A DNA stretch of 64,000 bases from Callorhinchus milii (taxonomy: Eukaryota): assembly GCF_018977255.1 (NCBI RefSeq), contig NW_024704742.1, positions 137,950,001-138,014,000 on the forward strand. Reading direction: 5' to 3'. The translations under genes and the position numbers were made by a program. Below are positions 60,444 to 64,000 of the stretch, piece after piece. A model generated the notes under the pieces. The model did no database searches, was not told where the DNA came from, and worked only from the letters and a program-made list of their open reading frames with translations. Position 1 is the stretch's first letter. Every line of letters begins with the position of its first letter.

Positions 60444-61649
60444 CTCAGAGAAGAAACACACAGAGTCACACAGACACACAACACACACAGCCACACACAC
60501 ACTGACATACAACACACACAGCTACGCACACGCAGACACCAACACACACAGCCACACTGACACACTTATCACATCTCAAATCCCATCACTGAATATGCTG
60601 TAAAGTGAATTAACTGTGTATTTTGCGGCAGCCAATTGTGCACAGTGTGCCAGGATTAGTGCAGGACAGAGGACCAGAGCAGAATAATACCTTCACATTT
60701 GTCCCAGCACCTTTCAGAGCGATTCATAAGGTTTGCTGTAAAGTGTAGTGACTGTGTGTTTTATGGTCGAAATGTGGACTGCGAGCTCGGAGACCCCGAT
60801 ACGTGGGGCTCGAACCCAGATCCTCCTGACCCAGGAGGTGAGAGAGCAAGAGGTCGAGCCTCAGGCTGACCTGGGAGGGTGGGGGAGTTGCTGGGAACGC
60901 GTGGCTGTGTGTGTGTGTGTGTGTGTCTGTGGGTGGATTTGTGTGTGGGTGTGCGGGTGTTTGTGTGGGTGTGTGTGAGTGTGGATGTAACTGAGCCATC
61001 AGTGTTGGTGTGAGGCTGAGGCAATATCTAAGTATTATCTGGGGGTACAGTGTATAGTTTGGGGCACGTCATGTCAGGAGACTGCCAGGATGGTGGCAGG
61101 TGAACGAGATGGACCTTGGGCTTCGTTCGCCTGCAAATCCTTATGATCTTACGTAGTATTTCACACAATACTTACAAACTCCTCGGCTCCGCTCAGATGC
61201 TTCTGTCAGGACAAAAACACAAACAATTCGAGTTCAAGTTCATCTGCAGTCTGTGGTCAGCAAGTCAAACCCTCCCCACAGCGAGTGAGGGACATAGGGG
61301 GGCTCCAGTGTCAAGAGATCGCACTCCCAACCCCTCACCCCACCACCACCACCACAATCTACACCACCTACACAGTCACTTCACGGTGTCTCGCTGTCTC
61401 TACCTCACATCTTCCCCATTGTGAGAAACAGGCTGATAATAATAATAATGCATACGGTATATGTAAAATCATAATTATTTGGTCACTCAATCCGCGACTG
61501 TTTGTGGGGACGCTGCTGTGCGCAATTGGCTGCCGCGTTTCGCCCACAAAATATACAGTCAATTTACTTTACAGTACATTCTGTGAAGCGCTTTGAGACG
61601 TCTGAACGACGTGATAAGGCGCGTATCAAATGCGAGGATTATTATTATT

Positions 61650-61865
61650 TTTCTATCAGTAAAAGTGCCATTGAGAAACAACACCACAATAACCTGGGAT
61701 TCACAAATGCAAACAGACAGGACAATAATCTGTAACAGATCAGGTACTACAATAAAGAATCAAATAGATTGTACATGTGGTGTTATTGATGCGGTTATTA
61801 TCTCAAGTGATTACAATGTGAAAGATAAGGAACTGGAGAAAATCAGAAAATATAAATTGAACGCA
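61650..61865 (+). mobile_element. Fragment of a restriction-like endonuclease domain from an R4/Dong-type non-LTR retrotransposon
   Basis: ITWDSQMQTDRTIICNR...VIDAVIISSDYNVKDKELEKIRKY matches the pattern LWD..IQTDR.I.HNRPD...IIDIA.P.D.NV..KE.EKI.KY. Confidence 0.75.
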
Positions 61866-62078
61866 GCCGTGTGTGCCGGTGGAAAACAAACAGAGTTCCA
61901 ATAATCATCAGTGCAACTGGTGCAGTTAATAAAACTATTTTTCTTATTATTATAATTATTATTATTTCACTCTGGGATGCACGGACATGTAGGTGGTTTG
62001 GATACTCTTAACAACATGTGCCAGACGTGTTGTTACAGCTCAAACTTAATCAACTGGTTGCCACGTGTTTGCCCACAG

Positions 62079-63882
62079 AGCGAGCGAGTGAGTGAGTGAG
62101 CGAACGAGTGAGTGAGCGAGCCAGTGAGTGAGCGAGCCAGTGAGTGAGCGAGCCAGTGAGTGAGCGAGCGAGTGAGTGAGCGAGTGAGTGAGCGAGCGAG
62201 CGAGTGAGCGAGTGGCTGTCAGTGGAAGGACAGAACCCATTTTCTTTTCATTCTAATTATTAATATCTCGGGTTCAGTGGCTCCCGTCTCCATGTGGCTC
62301 TCGCACACTACACAACAGGTCACAGCCTCAGCGTCAGGGTGGGGGGAGCCTCTCTCTGTCCCTCTCCCCCCCTCTCTCTCTGTTTCTCATGTATATCTTC
62401 CGTTGTGTTTGTGTTTGTGTGTGTCTTTNNNNNNNNNNNNNNNNNNNNNNNNNNNNNNNNNNNNNNNNNNNNNNNNNNNNNNNNNNNNNNNNNNNNNNNN
62501 NNNNNNNNNNNNNNNNNNNNNNNNNNNNNNNNNNNNNNNNNNNNNNNNNNNNNNNNNNTCTCTCTCTGTATATGTNNNNNNNNNNNNNNNNNNNNNNNNN
62601 NNNNNNNNNNNNNNNNNNNNNNNNNNNNNNNNNNNNNNNNNNNNNNNNNNNNNNNNNNNNNNNNNNNNNNNNNNNNNNNNNNNNNNNNNNNNNNNNNNNN
62701 NNNNNNNNNNNNNNNNNNNNNNNNNNNNNNNNNNNNNNNNNNNNNNNNNNNNNNNNNNNNNNNNNNNNNNNNNNNNNNNNNNNNNNNNNNNNTCTCTTTG
62801 TCTCNNNNNNNNNNNNNNNNNNNNNNNNNNNNNNNNNNNNNNNNNNNNNNNNNNNNNNNNNNNNNNNNNNNNNNNNNNNNNNNNNNNNNNNNNNNNNNNN
62901 NNNNNNNNNNNNNNNNNNNNNNNNNNNNNNNNNNNNNNNNNNNNNNNNNNNNNNNNNNNNNNNNNNNNAGTGTTTCCTGTCATTAGAATTATAGATAGTT
63001 TACACTCTCCGTTGCCTGGCACTGACTCTCTTGCCCGCTGCCTGGCATTGACTCTCTCTGTTGCCTGTTACCTGGCATTGACTCTCTCTGTTGCCCGCCG
63101 CCTGGCATTGACTCTCTCTGTTGCCCGCTGCCTGGCACTGACTCTCTCTGTTGCCCGCTGCCTGGCATTGACTCTCTCTGTTGCCCGCTGCCTGGCACTG
63201 ACTCTCTCTGTTGCCTGTTGCCTGGCACTGACTCTCTCTGTTGCCCGCCGCCTGGCACTGACTCTCTCTGTTGCCCGCTGCCTGGCATTGACTCTCTCTG
63301 TTGCCCGCTGCCTGGCACTGACTCTCTCTGTTGCCTGTTGCCTGGCACTGACTCTCTCTGTTGCCCGCTGCCTGGCACTGACTCTCTCTGTTGCCTGTTG
63401 CCTGGCACTGACTCTCTCTGTTGCCTGTCTGGCAGGAGCTGATTGTCGCTGGTCTGAAGCCGGGCACCAGATACCGTGTGATGGTGCGGGCGGGGGACGG
63501 GCGTCCCAGCCCCACGAGGGACGTAACCACGGTGACTAAAGGTGGGTACCACCTTCACCATCACCATCATCACCAGCCACTGCATTGCCATTTTGTTGTC
63601 AGCCCGGCTCCAGCCTCTGCCTCGCTCGCCTTTGGGTCAGGAGGTTGTGGGTTCGGGTCCCCACGACGTGTCCAGAATCAGCTCGAAGTCCAGACTCCGA
63701 CGCACCAGCTCAGCGCTGGGAGGGGGGGAGGGGAGCGCGGGGAGAGAGAGAGAGAAAAAGGAAGAGACGCATCATCATAGATGCCGTCCTTCAGATGAGA
63801 CGTTAAACCCCACTCCCCGTCTGTCCCTGTTCAGGTGGACATTAAAGATCCCGCAACCCTGTCGGGAACAGAGAGAGGGATT

Positions 63883-63914
<32 letters not shown>

Positions 63915-64000
63915 CCCCCGTGTCCTGGGCAACAATCCCCGCAGATAAAACCGCTGGTTCATGTCATGGCTGTGTGTGGGACGTCGCTGTGTATAGATTA
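62079..64000 (+). repeat. Segmental duplication, direct copy of 52451-54332 (runs off the window)
   Basis: See the partner feature. Confidence 0.95.
63436..63541 (+). CDS. EGFLAM: Duplicate of the EGFLAM-like FN3 exon at 53783-53888
   Basis: Same 106-nt exon and splice sites within a direct duplication. Confidence 0.7.

Overview
Vertebrate genomic DNA, very dense in repeats. The SINE/LINE families (tRNA-head SINE, Deu-domain SINE, L2, CR1) suggest a cartilaginous fish, possibly a chimaera; this is inference. Most entries in the ORF track are low-complexity or repeat artefacts, and the real genes are spliced. (1) ZNF131/ZBTB35 on + strand: six coding exons at 15918-24748 with consistent splice phases; I could not find the first coding exon. 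(2) An apparently intact Siglec-15-like activating receptor gene on + strand (31953-39790): leader, V-set, V-set, transmembrane segment with a lysine, short tail. (3) A second copy of that gene, frameshifted and cut in two. Its 5' half (+, 46730-52450) and 3' half (-, to 60658) abut at exactly reciprocal breakpoints relative to copy 1 (35660/35661). (4) Orphan pikachurin/EGFLAM-like FN3 exons, partly duplicated (53783-55941 and 63436-63541), joined directly to the broken receptor gene. Two 25-N scaffold gaps (7334-7358, 57293-57317) and masked N-runs limit structural conclusions. Protein family calls rest on recalled reference sequences, not database searches.
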